A DNA stretch of 63,631 bases, counting the filler, from Octopus bimaculoides (taxonomy: Eukaryota), in the NCBI RefSeq assembly GCF_001194135.2. It is 7 parts of 7 records of this genome, joined end to end, with 100 filler letters (N's around TTAATTAATTAA, not from the genome) between each part and the next. Parts side by side here need not be neighbours in the genome. Positions count along the whole stretch, not along the records: positions 12,757 to 33,595 come from NC_068983.1; positions 33,696 to 45,168 come from NC_068984.1; 5 more parts are not named here. The stretch is one strand, 5' to 3'. Below the pieces are notes generated by a model. The model had not been told where the DNA came from. It made no database searches and saw only the letters and a list, made by a program, of their open reading frames with translations. Shown here in pieces: positions 23,766 to 38,220 of the stretch (its first letter is position 1; every line of letters starts with the position of its first letter). The position numbers and the translations under genes were made by a program.

Positions 23766-26700
23766 ACTTGGGGATGGTCATATTGCCAGTTTAGCCAATA
23801 TATATGTATGTAGATATGTACATGTACATGAGTAGGTTTTTTGTGTGTCCTTGTCTTAAGATCTAACAAATTTATTCATGCGGCATAGGTCAGCCTGGAA
23901 CTACAGTACAAGTCATTTGCCCAAGGTGCTGTGCACTGAGACAGAACCCAAAATCCACATGGTTCTGAAGCAAACTACTTAGCCACTCAGCCATGTCTGT
24001 GTTACTTTTGTAGTTCAAGATATTGTGATCTCTAAATTAACTATATTTTCATGTAGAAAGTGTTATTTGTGAATTAATTGGTGTTCTAAGAATTTTCATT
24101 CCCATATGCTATGTATTCCTTTTCTTCTCATCAAATTACATAATACACCACCCCAGAAACCTAGTTTCAATTGCACACTATTTCAGATGTTTATAGAATA
24201 GTGCATTGAATATATTAGTTCATTTTTATATCTTAAATGTTTCTGCAAACTCAATGTTAATATTTAATTAATAGAAAAATAGAAACTATGTTTTGAGAAG
24301 CTAAACTGAAAAAACTCCATTCTTTCACCAAATATCTGTTTAATCTGATTAGATTTACAGTGATAAATCATTTTGACTAAGCAGAGTTCAGCAAGAACAC
24401 AAGAGCAGTAATTTTTCTTTGTTTTATTTTTGGATTCATTTATTATTTTTGTGTCTAGTTTACTTTTGTTTCTTTAAAATAAATTACTAGAAATATTGGT
24501 ATAATTAATTTAGTTTTTAATTCAGTAAACGCATATGATAGAGAGCATTATCTTGTGTATATTGGAAAAAATAGGTTTTACGTCTCCTAATACTTCATTT
24601 CAGTCTTAATTTACACCAGACAACTGTAATTTATGAAGTCAAAACTATTGCAATAAACTTCCAACAAATTATTTAACTTTTCACTTATATTTTTCTGTTG
24701 CAATTCTTCTGAGAAATCAATGAAAATATTAAGAACATAGTGATAAAAAAAAAAGTGTAAAAGAAAAATTGGTTTGAAAATCTTTAACTCATATTTCTGT
24801 ATTTTGCTTGAAGCATTACTTCCTGCAAGACATTAACTAAGGGAAAAAAAACTCACTTGGTTTTTATTAAGTTAATATTTCTTTCTTTTGGTTTCTTGGT
24901 AGTTACTTTACTAATTTTACATATGTTACTGCTAACACCACATCGCAACATAGTTCCATCATCATCACCATCGTCATTATCAGATTCATATTCTTCTTTT
25001 ATATATTTTACTAGAATACGCTAGGTGGGTTTACAGTACAACAGCTTTGTACCTGTCTTGTGTCAGCTCCTTACTCAGAGCTCTCAGTTCTACTACAACT
25101 CCTTTTTCACAGATCACTCTTCATCTGCCTCCATTGCCTGGCTCTGTTTCCTTCCCAAACCTGTCAGTACTTGATTTTCTCTTATCTAATCAATGTGATA
25201 TCACAGAATTAAGGTTGAAAGCTGGCAGAACTATTTGCACACTGAACAGAATGCTCAGTGACATTTCATCCATCTTTACATTCTAAGTTCAGATTCTTCT
25301 AAGGTTGACTTTGCCTTTCATCCTTTCTGTGGTCAATACAATAAGTACCAGTTAAACACTGGGGATCAATGTAATGGACTTACAACACCACTGAAATTGC
25401 TGGCCTCGTGCCACAATTTGAAACCAATATGATACCACAGATGCCTCATGAAGGAATTCCATACAGCTGGTAAACCTGCTTAAAATATCAGCTAAATATC
25501 CCTCATATCACTCTATACCAAAGGGTATGAACCATTGCTTAATGTAGTTCTATATATTCCTAGAAAAAGGCAGGATGGTTATGGTTAGAATACGTTTTCT
25601 TTATGATAAGCCTGCTAGATCTAGGCTGATATGGACAGCAACACCAGCTGTTACTTGATTTCTGAGTATGTTTGTGTTTTATCTTTCTTGTGCACATCCT
25701 TCAAATCCTGTTTATATCATCTTTCTCCAATCACTTCAAATCCCATTTTTATATTCTCAGGTGTCACTTCTATTCAACATCACACATTTTACACTTGTGT
25801 ACATTAAATTAAAAGAACATCAGGAAATCTGTTAAAACTGGCAGAATATTATTCTTTCAATGTTTTCTTCTGATATTCTTTGGATTAGAAGATATCTATA
25901 CTACTTACTGAAACTGGAATTGTCAGTCCTTACAAGATTACAGATGCTAAGCAGTGTAATGGTATGTTTGCAACTAAAATAGTAAACCATTTCGGAAATG
26001 TAATGGAATTAGCCACAGAATGCAAGCACTAAACAGATTTCATAATAGATAATCAAATAGATTAGTTGTCTTGTGAACTGATTGAAGAAGAAATCTTTCG
26101 TTCATTTGTTTTATGTTCATTTTACATAAATTTTTTGCTTGCATTGGTTAGACAAATATATCATTTGAAGCATTGCTTTCCACTTGGATGCCCTTCTTGA
26201 TACTAATCCTGTTTTTCAAATAAGGGATCAATTATTCTGCACAACTTTGAAGGGACAAAGAAAGATGATTTGTAAATGGAACAAACAGACAACAATGCTG
26301 TCTGCCACACAGTCATACATATAAACAAATGCAGCTGTAAACAGACACATGTGCATGCATGCATGCACACAAACATGCATGTCTGTCTGTTTGTCTCTTT
26401 CTCTCTTCCTATGGAGGCAAAGTGGCTGAGCTATGTTTGAGCATTGGGCCTCATGGAGGAAATGACCAAGACCGTTGGCATTATGTCATGCTTGAGAAGA
26501 AGCCCCATCAAGCCAAGCAAAATCACAGTCATGGTAGATACCAGTGTCACACAAATTGGCACCCATGCCGGTGGCATGTAAAAGCACCCATTACACACTA
26601 AGAGTGGTTGGTGTTAGGAAGGTCATCCAACCATAGAAACCATGCCAAATCATACTGGAGTCTGGTGCAGCCTTCCAGTTTGCTAGCCCTGGTCAAACCG

Positions 26701-28028
26701 TCCAACACATGCCAGCATAGACAACAGACATTAAATGATGATGATGATGATGATATATATTTGTGACAAGCTTCTTTCAATTTCCATATACCAAATCCAA
26801 TATCAAGGCTTTCAGTAGTTTGCAACTGTAGCAAGTGACAATTGCCCAAGGTTTTGTACAGTGGGACTAAAACTAACAAATGAAAAAGAACAAGTTAGTC
26901 CTATAATACATTGGCCAGCAGGCTTAAGGTTAAACTGAATTTAATTATACTTATGAACACTGAATCTTTGAGTTAGAAATATACACCCTCAACTCAAAGA
27001 TTGACCACGAATTTGTTCGTATATGTGCATATGCTGGAGAAAGCACATTGCAAGCACTGGAAGATAGTTGGACAATACACAATTCAAAATGTAGTCTAGG
27101 TGTGAGAAACAGGAAAGATGAGACTAAGAATTTTAAATTATTTTAGAATTCTGTTCCTTGCAGATTTTAGTAAATATTGATTAACTTGGACTATGTACAA
27201 GGCAAATTTTTCTAGGAGAAAAAACTGTATTGAATTAATACATTAGTACCTGTTATTTACTTGAAATGAAGATAATATACAAAAACAAAGTCAATACTCT
27301 TGGGATTTGAACTCTGAATATAGAGAGATAAAACTAATGATTAATATGAAAATACATTTACTGTAGAATAAAGTTTTGAAGAAAAATCATTTCTAAAAGA
27401 GGGTGGCATAAAGTTAAGAAGCTGCCAATGGATTTTAGATCTGGCTTATTACTAACTTTACTCTCAACGACATCATTTTGTTGTTTCAAACTATATTTAA
27501 GTTTTGAAACCTTTTCCACAATTATGATGAATGAAATTATCAAAATATGGTAAAGTAGCTATTTCAGGTGAACGAACACAAAAGTCTCAGTGCAAAATAC
27601 ATACATACATGCTTATATACTTACATGCATACATATATATATAAAATATATAAGAGAAACAAAGGGAGAATTTTTAATATAGAAATACATAAAGTAACTC
27701 TGTAAATGATGGAAAGACAGAGAATAATTCTTAATATATAAAAGCAGAAAGGTAATTTTCAATATGAAAAGATGCAGGGTAATTTTCAATTTGACTGCAA
27801 GTCATAGTAATTTGATTGATGATGGAAAGCTTGCTTTTTTTGGCATGATGTCCATAAACTTATTGATTTAGAACCTTTATGGGAAAAAGTATACAAAGAA
27901 GCATTCATGAATCAATTTCCTTATAATCTCAAAGATAAATATATCCAATATATTTTAATCATTCCTAACCAAGAAAATGTAGTGTAGCAACATATTAAAT
28001 TGATATATGTTTCTCACAATATGGTTAA

Positions 28029-28084
<56 letters not shown>

Positions 28085-28874
28085 TTGAGTGTCATAGCTT
28101 TCTTGTATATATATGTGTGTATGTATGTATGCATGTATGTCTATGTATATGGGTGTGTATATGAAAGCATGTACTTACATTATCTAAAATGACTAATAAA
28201 TGATGACTTACATATGTATCCATGCATACTAGTCAACATATACACATGTTACATACATACATGTATGTATTTATGCATGCAGCTATATATATGCAGGTAT
28301 ATTTAAATCAAAACTACAAAGTTTGTAGACAGGGAAAAGAAATAGATACACACACACACACACACACACACCAGAAACATAAGTTGTGTGTCATTTAGAT
28401 AAAACAAATGTTTTTCAACTGGTTTGCCATATATGTAATAGACATAAGTTATACTGTCTATTGCTATGTAAACTTTCATATTCTCAATTAACTAAAAGCC
28501 TGCTTAAATGAATATGGAAAAATGACTGTTCACAAAATCTACTTTGTGAGTCTTGGTTTTATCAGTGTTTTCAAAGTTAGGACAGTGCAAATGACAAGCA
28601 GTATTTTCTATACACAAATAGGAACTGTCTAGAATATACTTATATGATTTGAATACACTAAATACTGTAATATTCTACCAAAGTAACTTATGTTGGGTCA
28701 GAAGGGTATGGCAAAACCAAACACATCTGATTCAAAGTTTAATCTTTATTTGCTTTCTTAGTAATATCTTTGCATCTTTCAGGTATAACAACTTAAGGGA
28801 AGAATTCTGTTCCAAAGTTCAATTTACAAGCTGGTTTTTATTAAAGTATATATATGTCTGTGTGGGTGTGTGCA

Positions 28875-28904
<30 letters not shown>

Positions 28905-28908
<4 letters not shown>

Positions 28909-29300
28909 GGCACCTTGAGCAAGTGTTTTCTACTATAGCCTCAGGCTGGTCAAAGCCTCATGAGTGGATTTGGTTGATGGAAACTGAAAGAAGCCCATCA
29001 TNNNNNNNNNNNNNNNNNNNNNNNNNNNNNNNNNNNNNNNNNNNNNNNNNNNNNNNNNNNNNNNNNNNNNNNNNNNNNNNNNNNNNNNNNNNNNNNNNNN
29101 NNNNNNNNNNNNNNNNNNNNNNNNNNNNNTATATATATATATATTTGTGTGTTTGTTCTTCCCACCATCGTTTGACAACCGATGTTGGTGTGTTTATGTC
29201 CCTGTAATTTAGCAGTTTGGCAAAGAGATCAATAGAATAAGTCTTGGGGTTGATTTGATCGACTAAAACTCTTCAAATGACTGAAACAAGTAAAAGAATA
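28905..29300 (+). mobile_element. SINE family A (N gap at internal microsatellite)
   Basis: GGCACCTTGAGCAAGTG..GGATTTGG..GAAACTGAAAGAAGCC, gap, tail ..AAATGACTGAAACAAGTAAAAGA. Confidence 0.78.
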
Positions 29301-30736
29301 TATATTATTTTTCCATTGTGTAAAAGAATCAAAATATCACAAATGTCAGGGAAGAAAGTAATTTCCATTCATTATGTTCAGAATCTTAAATGTTAAATTT
29401 TAACTTACAAGAAGAAAATGGATGTTTCATGATGTAATTGATTTGTTAATCAAAAAAAAAAAAAAAGAAAGCTGTAGTGAACTTCAGCCCATTTGTGTAC
29501 TCTACTGATTGACACATTCTTTATGTGCAAAATCTTAAAGAGCATCCAACTATAGAAAACTCTGCCCAAACATACTTTCATTTCACCCATGCAAGCATGA
29601 ATGATAATCATTGCTGGATTAATCATTAAGCAAAATAATTATGTGCTTAGGGCAACAAGGGAGGTGGGGCACTACAGAAACGGTAAATGGTTTACAGGAC
29701 AAAAGAAATCACTTTAAACTTATTAAAATAATATTCAGGATGCCTTATCTCTACTAAGTATAGAACTAGATGTATTACATAAGATTAATTTTGAGGTTCT
29801 GATTGAAGATTTTGCAATTAAAAAAGCAGAAAACTTTACAAATATAAATAAAATGAAGGTATACAGAAATAACCATTATTTTCCATCTTATTGTTAGTTT
29901 TGTTTCATTTTGAAAAATAAAAATTTATTTCATGGTTTATTGTTTATAGTTTGAATTACATATATATGGAAGTACCAAAATCTTTTAAGTGCTTAGGGTT
30001 TCTATGTGTCTTAAACCAACTGTGGTGACAATAACAACAATGATGAAATAATATTGGTCCTATTGAGTGGTGCATGAGAAGTAACACATTGTCTCTATAT
30101 AAATGTATATCTAATGTTTCAAACTTATTATTTTAATGTCTAGGATGTACAACCCAATGATTTCATATATCTCAGCACTATGAAAGTAGCCCATACAACT
30201 GTTAAATTCACTGAGATTGGGATTTTTTCCACCTATGGAAATTTTGTCAAATAGTAGTGTCTTTCCCTCACTTTCACTTTTAATATGCTATTTCTTGACA
30301 AATATTTTTAGGTGAAGTGCTGATGAGTAAGTTTTCAGAAATGGTAAGATAACTCAATGATATCAAATTAAGCAAACCTACAATTACTTTTATCACTAAT
30401 GTTGTTGAATCAACTGGCTATAACATTATTCATTATTCCATTGTCAGAGATTGGTGATTTTCCTGACTGTGACAGTTATATTATTGAAAATGTGTTACTA
30501 ATTAATCTGATTTCACTCTTGGCTGGGTTAATTAATCTTCATTTTGGTTTGGAATTAAAGTTCCCTTTATGATCTTTTAATGTGATATATGCTAATGCAT
30601 GGCTAAATATTCTATACTTTAATCTAGTTTTAAGTTCATTACTATATCTTTGACTACATTATTAATATTGTTGTATGTGTGCAAACTGGCTTTTCTCTAT
30701 ATTTCAGTGGTATTGTTATATAAGAGATTGGTGCAT

Positions 30737-30902
30737 CAAATTCCAACATCAAAAATATTATGACATCAAGTAAAACTAAAAATCAATATAAAGAAGATAG
30801 TGGTCATCATCATCAAATGTTGATTAATTTGATGATAATGATGACCATTACATTGATTTTTAGTTTTACTTGATGTCATAATATTTTTGATGTTGGAATT
30901 TG
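30737..30902. repeat. Perfect 51-bp inverted repeat with nested inner stem (166-nt fold-back)
   Basis: 30737-30787 is the exact reverse complement of 30852-30902. Inner TGGTCATCATCATCAAAT / ATTTGATGATAATGATGACCA stem. Confidence 0.95.
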
Positions 30903-31230
30903 GTTTCTATTAGACAATAATAGAGGCAAATTTACATCTTATACTAAAACTACTAAATGCTGGTGAGTCACTTTCGTTGGTATTGTAAAAATATATTTTC
31001 CAACTCATTCACCTGATAACACCAAATAATCCAGATGAACACAATCCTTGGTACACCATCATCAATATATCTCCCTCTCATCATATCAATTTGTCCTATA
31101 CAAATAATAGAAGTCTATAAACCCCCTCACAAGCATACAACCATCAACATAATCATATAACCACTACCTGAAAACTTAAACAAACTTATAAAGGATATTT
31201 TTGATTATATATTTTTAATGTTTTTAATAT

Positions 31231-31422
31231 AGGAGCAGGCATGGCTGTGTGGTAGGAATTTTACTTTCCAACAACATGGTTCCAGGTTTATCCCACTGCA
31301 TGACATCTTGAATAAGTGTCCTCTACTATAGCTTCAAGCCAACCAAAACCTTGTGAGTGGATTTAATAAACGGAAACTGAAAGAAGACTGTTGTGTGTGT
31401 GGGTGGGTGTGGGTGTGTGTGT

Positions 31423-31503
<81 letters not shown>

Positions 31504-31700
31504 TCCTCCCACCACCACTTGACAACTGATGTTGGTATGTTTATATTTTTGCAACTTAGTGGTTCATCAAAAGAGGCCAAATAGAATAAGTATCAGGCTT
31601 AAAAATGAAAACATAAGTACTGGAGTCAATTCATTCAACTAAAGATTCTTCAGGGCAGTACCCCAGCATGGCTACAATCAAGTAACTGAAACAAGTAAAT
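31231..31700 (+). mobile_element. SINE family A with internal (GT)n
   Basis: Head GCAGGCATGGCTGTGTGGTA, (GT)n ~31392-31500, standard tail. Confidence 0.8.
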
Positions 31701-32753
31701 GGTAAAACGAAACCACTTCATACAATAATTATTGGTTGATACCGAGCCGTTTCTGAATGAGTTTTATAAATTATGTTATACCATTAGTCAAAAACTATTG
31801 ATCTTGACCACTGAGAATATTCTGTTATATATGAGAAATATATCATTATAAATCGTCAGTGATTTCACATGCAAAATTATAACTCACTGTGCTGTATATA
31901 GTGATTATATTCATTATGTCACAAATAAATATGTCTTCTTTACAATTACTTCAAATTTCATGATAAAAAGAGCACTCATCAGATGATAATGATTTGATAG
32001 AAGGCTGTCTCTTGAATACTAGGTTTATTTTAAGGATTTTCATCAAAGCCATCCTGTTGTCAATATCTTCTTGAGAATGCACATGGTAAGATATCAGTGG
32101 ATTGGTTGGTGTTATGGATTAAGTAACAGAATAGCAAAGTGTTGTGTTCATGAATAATTTTGTTAATAAATATACATCCATCTATTTGCTTCTAATTTAG
32201 GTACAAAACCATTTTAGGAGGGGAAGGTTAGTTAATATCATCTCCTCCAGTATTTTACTAGTACTTTGAAAAAAATGAAAAGTAAAGTTAAACTTGGCAG
32301 GATTTGTACAAATGTAAAGAACCAAAAGAAATACTGCCAGACACTTTTCCAACATTTTTGTCAATTGACCACCCTGCGATTTAAATATTTGATCATTTTA
32401 CATTTAGCCAAACTGCAAATTAGCACAAACAAGGCCCCCAGGAAAATCAGTGGTTTGGACCCTAAAGTATTTACTTGTTAACAGCAAGCCACAGCATACA
32501 TAGATCAGAATTAGGCCCCTAGACTCATGCAGCCCCAAGGCAAATCAATGCCCTGGATTCTATAGCTTTTATTTATTCATAGCAAGCCACAATATATATA
32601 TAGATCAGATTTGGGTGTGAGGCCCCTGGACAACTGTTCAATGTGTCCATGCCTTAAGATACTACTGAATACAAATAGTACTCATTGCTCATTTAATTTC
32701 TCATAAGTAGCTGTAAGCTACAACTCTCTCTCTCACTCTCCCTTCTTCCCTCC

Positions 32754-32796
<43 letters not shown>

Positions 32797-33354
32797 TCTC
32801 TCTCCCTCTCTCTCTCTCTGATCTAGTAAGCACTTCTGATGAGTCGGTAAAGACAAGTAAAACTAAACAAGTTGTGTAACCAAACAGCAAGGTTTTGAAT
32901 GCATGGGCATATGAAAATTATATACAATGTATTTAATAAGCAAATGTTTAATCATGGTGAGAAAGTATAAACTGTGGATAAAACCCAGGACCTTTTACAG
33001 CTGAAGGAAAGGTTCATTTCAACTAGTTTTGTCTTCTTTGTGACATATCAGGAAAGTTAAGGTGAACACAACTGCTTAAGAACAACCCAAACAATTATTA
33101 AGTTTAAAAAAATCTTACACAATTGTAAATAGGTGAATGACAGGGATGTAATAAAAGCTGTATCAACAGAATGTTGTTTTAAATAAATATACATTTGTGT
33201 GTGTGTGCGTGTGTGTGTGTGTACATAAAAGAATCTCTCATACTAAATATATGCATATTTGCATATATGTATATGTATGTATATATATATATGTGTGTGT
33301 GTGTATTTATATATATATATATATATGTATGTATATATATATATGTGTGTGTTC

Positions 33355-33595
33355 AATCAAGCAATATGCATGGTGCTTACTGAAACGCATCTAACACCTA
33401 ATGTAGCAGATGCGGAGATAAACATACCAGAGTATGCCGTGCTCCGAACAGACAGGAGGGATAGAAGTCATGGGGGAGTTGCAATGTACATCCGAGAAGA
33501 TGTCACACCCCTACTACTCCTATCACACTCAAACTCTATCTGTGATACTTTAATAGTACACATAAAACAGATTGATGTAGTTGTATGCTCAACAT
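33355..33595 (+). mobile_element. CR1/L2-type LINE APE endonuclease fragment
   Basis: LTETHL..AEINIPEY..LRTDR..RSHGGVAMYIRE. Ends at a scaffold gap. Confidence 0.8.
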
Positions 33596-33734
33596 NNNNN
33601 NNNNNNNNNNNNNNNNNNNNNNNNNNNNNNNNNNNNNNNTTAATTAATTAANNNNNNNNNNNNNNNNNNNNNNNNNNNNNNNNNNNNNNNNNNNNTATAT
33701 ATATATATATATATTTACCATCATCATCATAGAT

Positions 33735-34170
33735 GATGCAGGCATGGCTGTGTGGTAAGAAGGCTTGCTTCCCCACCATGGTTTTGGGTTCAGTCCCACA
33801 GCATAGCATCTTGGGCAAGTGTCTTCTGTTATAGCCTCAGGCTGATCAAAGCCTTGTGAGTGGATTTGGTAGACAGAAACTGAAAGAAGCCTGTTGTATA
33901 TTTATGTGTGTGTGTGTGTGTGCATGCATATATCTACGTGTGTGTGTGTGTGTGCCTTTCTATTTGTATTTGCCCCCCCCCCCCTCACCATTTGACAATC
34001 AGTATTGGTGTGTTTATGTCCACATAACTTAGCGACATAGTTAAAGAGATCAATGGAGTAAGTACTAAGCTTAAGAAATAAGTCTTGGGGTCAATTTTTT
34101 CGACTAAAGCCCTTTCAAGGCAGTGCTCCTGCATGGCCACAGTCAAATGACTGAAACAAGTAAAAGAATA
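33735..34170 (+). mobile_element. SINE family A
   Basis: Same head, CORE, internal (TG)n and tail. Confidence 0.8.
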
Positions 34171-35081
34171 AAATAATAAAAGAATCATCATCATTATGTT
34201 GATATAGATAAGTAGATAGATAGATAGATAGATAGGCAGACAGATAGATATAAAGATAGATAGNNNNNNNNNNNNNNNNNNNNNNNNNNNNNNNNNNNNN
34301 NNNNNNNNNNNNNNNNNNNNNNNNNNNNNNNNNNNNNNNNNNNNNNNNNNNNNNNNNNNNNNNNNNNNNNNNNNNNNNNNNNNNNNNNNNNNNNNNNNNN
34401 NNNNNNNNNNNNNNNNNNNNNNNNNNNNNNNNNNNNNNNNNNNNNNNNNNNNNNNNNNNNNNNNNNTATATATATATATATATAGATAGATAGATAGATA
34501 GATAGACAGATAGATATAAAGATGGATAGATTGACAGACAGACAGACAGATAGCTACAAAGATAGATAGATAAACAGATAGATAGATAAATATATACATT
34601 ATATATTTTTGTATATATGTATGTGTCTGTGTGAGTGTATACACATACGCATAGAAGTAGAAACTTGAGGAGTACTTTTCTTCAGATGAATAGCTAACTT
34701 GCTATGGAGCCTATCAAGGCAGTCACTTACAATAAGATTTCCCCAGAGGTGTTACCCAGCATTCTTGTGTTTGGCCAAAAGGCCGTATTCATTCCGTCTG
34801 CATCACTCGTTTCAAACTACATTTGTTTACTTTCGTACGTTTCTATTGTTTTGTTTGCTCATGTCCTATTTCTCCACAAATTTTGTGAGTGCCGCCAATG
34901 TATGAAGCTCTCAGTCTTATCATTAAAAGCATGAAACTGTGTATCAGCATTTCAGTTGATAATTGATGAAGAATTAGGGTCTTTCTGTGTCTGTGTTATG
35001 TGTACGTTTTTAATGCATTTTTCATTTATAGAGTATATGTGTGTGTGTGTGTGTATGTACATTCACATACATGTGTGTGTA

Positions 35082-35154
<73 letters not shown>

Positions 35155-35184
35155 ATGTATGCATGTGTATATTTATACATAAAG

Positions 35185-35490
35185 ACCCCCTTTGGTCATG
35201 AATGACCATGTGATTGCACCAAGAAAGTTTCCCCTCCAAGGCGCAAGTCCAGGTAAGGTTGTTTATGGAAGACCAGCTTCCCCTCTCCACACCTTCAATG
35301 TTGTTCAAGGGAAAGGAAAAGGCTGATACAACTTGGCACCAGTAACATTGCAACTTATTTCTACACCTGAGTGGACTGGAGAAGCATGAAATAAAGTGCT
35401 TTGCTCAAGAACACAATACACAGCCCAGTCTGGGAATCAAACTCACAACCTCACTACTGTAAGCCTAATGTTCTAAACACTGAGCCATGC
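35185..35490 (-). mobile_element. SINE family D
   Basis: Reverse complement of 56340-56640 (CCTTTCCCTTG..CTGGTCTTCCATAAACAACCTT.CCTGGACTTG). Another copy at 49280-49490 (+). Confidence 0.75.
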
Positions 35491-35519
35491 ACATTCTATA
35501 TATATATATATACATATAT

Positions 35520-37775
35520 GCGTGTATCATCATCATCGTCATTTACTGTCCGCTTTCCATGCTAGCATGGGTTGGACAATTTGACTGAGGACTGGTGAAC
35601 CGGATGGCTGCACCAGGTTCCAATCTGATCTGGCAGTTTCTACAGCTGGATGCCCTTCCTAATGCCAACCACTCCGAGAGTGTAGTGAGTGCTTTTACAT
35701 GCCACCGGCATCAGGGCCAGTCACACGGTACTGGCAATGGCCACACTCAAAATGGTGTTTTTTATGTGCCACCTGCACAGGAGTCAATCCAGCGGCACTG
35801 GCAACAACCACGCTTGACCTTGCTCGAATGATTTTCTAACATGCCACCGGCACAAGTGCCAGTAAGGCAATGCTGGTAACAATCATACTCAAATGGTGCT
35901 ATATACGGGCCAGTAGCATTGAAGCCAGACAGCTGCTCTGGCAATGATCACACTCAGACAGTGCTGTTAGTGCTCCACTGGCACAGATGTCAGTCATCAA
36001 ATTTGGTTCAATTACGATTTCGATTTCATTTGCCCCAACAGGTCTTTGCAAGCAGAATTTAGTGTCCAATGAAGGAGAGGTTGGCATGGGTGCCAGTCGT
36101 CGAAGTTGGTTCGATTTCGATTTCAAAATTCACTTGCCTCAACAGGTCTTCGCAAGCAGAGTTTAGTTTCCAATGAAGTAAAGATACGAATAAGTGAGCT
36201 GGCTACACCCCTGGTAAAGGCCACGGGTTATGGTCTCACTTGTCTTGCCGGGTCTTCTCACGTACTGCATATTTCCAAAGGTCCACTAGTCATTGCCTCA
36301 GTGAAGCCTAAAGTTCGAAGGTTGTGCTTTACCACCTCATTTCAGGTCTTCTTGGGTCTACTTCTTCCACAGGTTCCCTCAACCGTTAGGGTGTGGCACT
36401 TTTGCACACAGCTATCCTCATCCATTCTTGCTACATGACCGTACTGGTGCAGTTGTCTCTCTTACACACCACAACTGATGCTTCTTAGGTCTAACTTTTC
36501 TTTCAAAGTACTTACACTCTGTTGAGTATGCACACTGACATTACACATTCATCAGAGCGTACTGGTTTCGTTTCTTGTGTGCTTACACATCTCCTCAGCA
36601 GTCACGGCCCATGTTTCACTGCCATGTAGCATGGCGGTTCGTACACATGTGTCACACAGTCTGCCTTTTACTCTGAGCGAGAGGCCCTTTGTCGCCAGCA
36701 GAAGTAAGAGCTCTCTGAACTTTGCCCAGGCTATTTTTATTGTAGCAGCTACACTTTCAGCGCACCCTCCCCCGCTACTGACTTGGTCACCTAGGTAACG
36801 GAAGCTATCAACTACTTCAAGTTTTTCTCCCTGGAATGTGGCAGAAGTTGTTCTCTGCACATTTTCAGTGTTTATTGCTCCTGAACATCTGCCACATACA
36901 AAAACTATCTTGCTAGTTAGCCTTCCTTTGATATTGCTGTACCTCTTATGTGTCCATAGCTTACACTGGGTACAACTTATGGAGTTTCTACCTATGCCTT
37001 TTCTACAGATAGAGCTGGGCCATCTACCTGAAGGGGGTTGTGTTTTGTCTACCTTCCTACTTATTAGGACTTTGGTTTTAGCTAGGTTGACTCTAAGGCC
37101 CTTCGATTCTAGTCCTTGCTTCCACACCTGAAACTTCTTTAGTTCTGATAGTGACTCAGCAATTAGGGCAAGGTCATCAGCATCAAGGAGCTCCCAGGGG
37201 CATCCCATCTTGAATTCCTCTGTTATTGCCTTGAGGACTATGATAAATAGGAGGGGGCTGAGGACTGAACCTTGGTGGACCCCAACCTCAACCTGGAATT
37301 CTTCACTGTACTCGTTGCCAACCCTCACCTTACTGACAGCGTCCCTGTACATGGTTTGCACAGCTCTCACTAACCATTCATCTATCCTTAGTTTCCTCAT
37401 TGACCACCAGATGAGGGATTGGGGGATCCTGTCAAAGGCTTTCTCCATGTCAACGAAAGCCAGGTACAGAGGTTTATCTTTGGCTAGGTATTTCTCCTGC
37501 AGCTGTCTTACCAGAAGTATAGCATCAATGGTGCTTTTCTCTGGAACGAACCCAAACTACATCTCATCCAAACTGACTCTCTCCCTAATTAGTTGGGCTA
37601 TGACCCTCTCAGTGACCTTCATTACTTGGTCCAGCAGCTTGATACCTCTGTAATTGTTTGTGTCTAAAGCATCACCTCTACCTTTGTAGCAGTTGACTAT
37701 GGTGCTGCTACACCAGTCATTGGGTATGACTCCTTCGTGTATCACCTGATTAACTATACGGGTGACTAGGCTATA
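35520..37775 (-). mobile_element. RTE-like LINE, 5'-truncated: RT with Cys/His insert, long subrepeated 3'UTR, (GAT)n tail
   Basis: ORFs 37557-37790 and 36552-37448: NYRGIKLL, MEKAFDRIP, GVHQGSVLSPLLF, ADDL, FRYLG, MLHGSETWA. Sequence continues into the UTR family that ends at the (CAT)n run at ~35527-35540 on +. Confidence 0.88.
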
Positions 37776-38220
37776 GAGTATGTATATCATTATTCAGTTT
37801 TGCTTCAAGATTTCTTGCCAATAGAGATGGAGCTGGTTTCTAACCTAGATTCAAGGCTCCTTCATTGGAATTTCAACATCAACAGTGTATTTTAGTATAT
37901 GTGCAGATTTGTATGTTTGAATGTACTTGTGTATATTATGTTGGGTCACTTGTGAGGTCTCTTATGTGTGCTACTGGTAACATGGAATCCAATACAACTT
38001 TCTGTAAGGTTGGGTCATCAGTGACTAAGCCAGCATCCATACCAGGCTAACTTGGTGAGAAGAGTAGCTAGAACCTCAGCAAGACCAAAAACAACATCTT
38101 TCAAAAAGGATGGATAAACCCTGTGTAGGCACAATGACTATCTAGCAACAATACAAGTGCTTAGATGTTCGGAATTGTAATAGGTCATTCTGATATAAAA
38201 CCAAATATGTGGGAAATAGC

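Noticed and set aside
32830-32870. CTGATGA-GTC(GGTAAA)GAC as a hammerhead
   Set aside because: Stem II is present but the obligatory GAAA and stem III/cleavage triplet are missing; at best a dead remnant.
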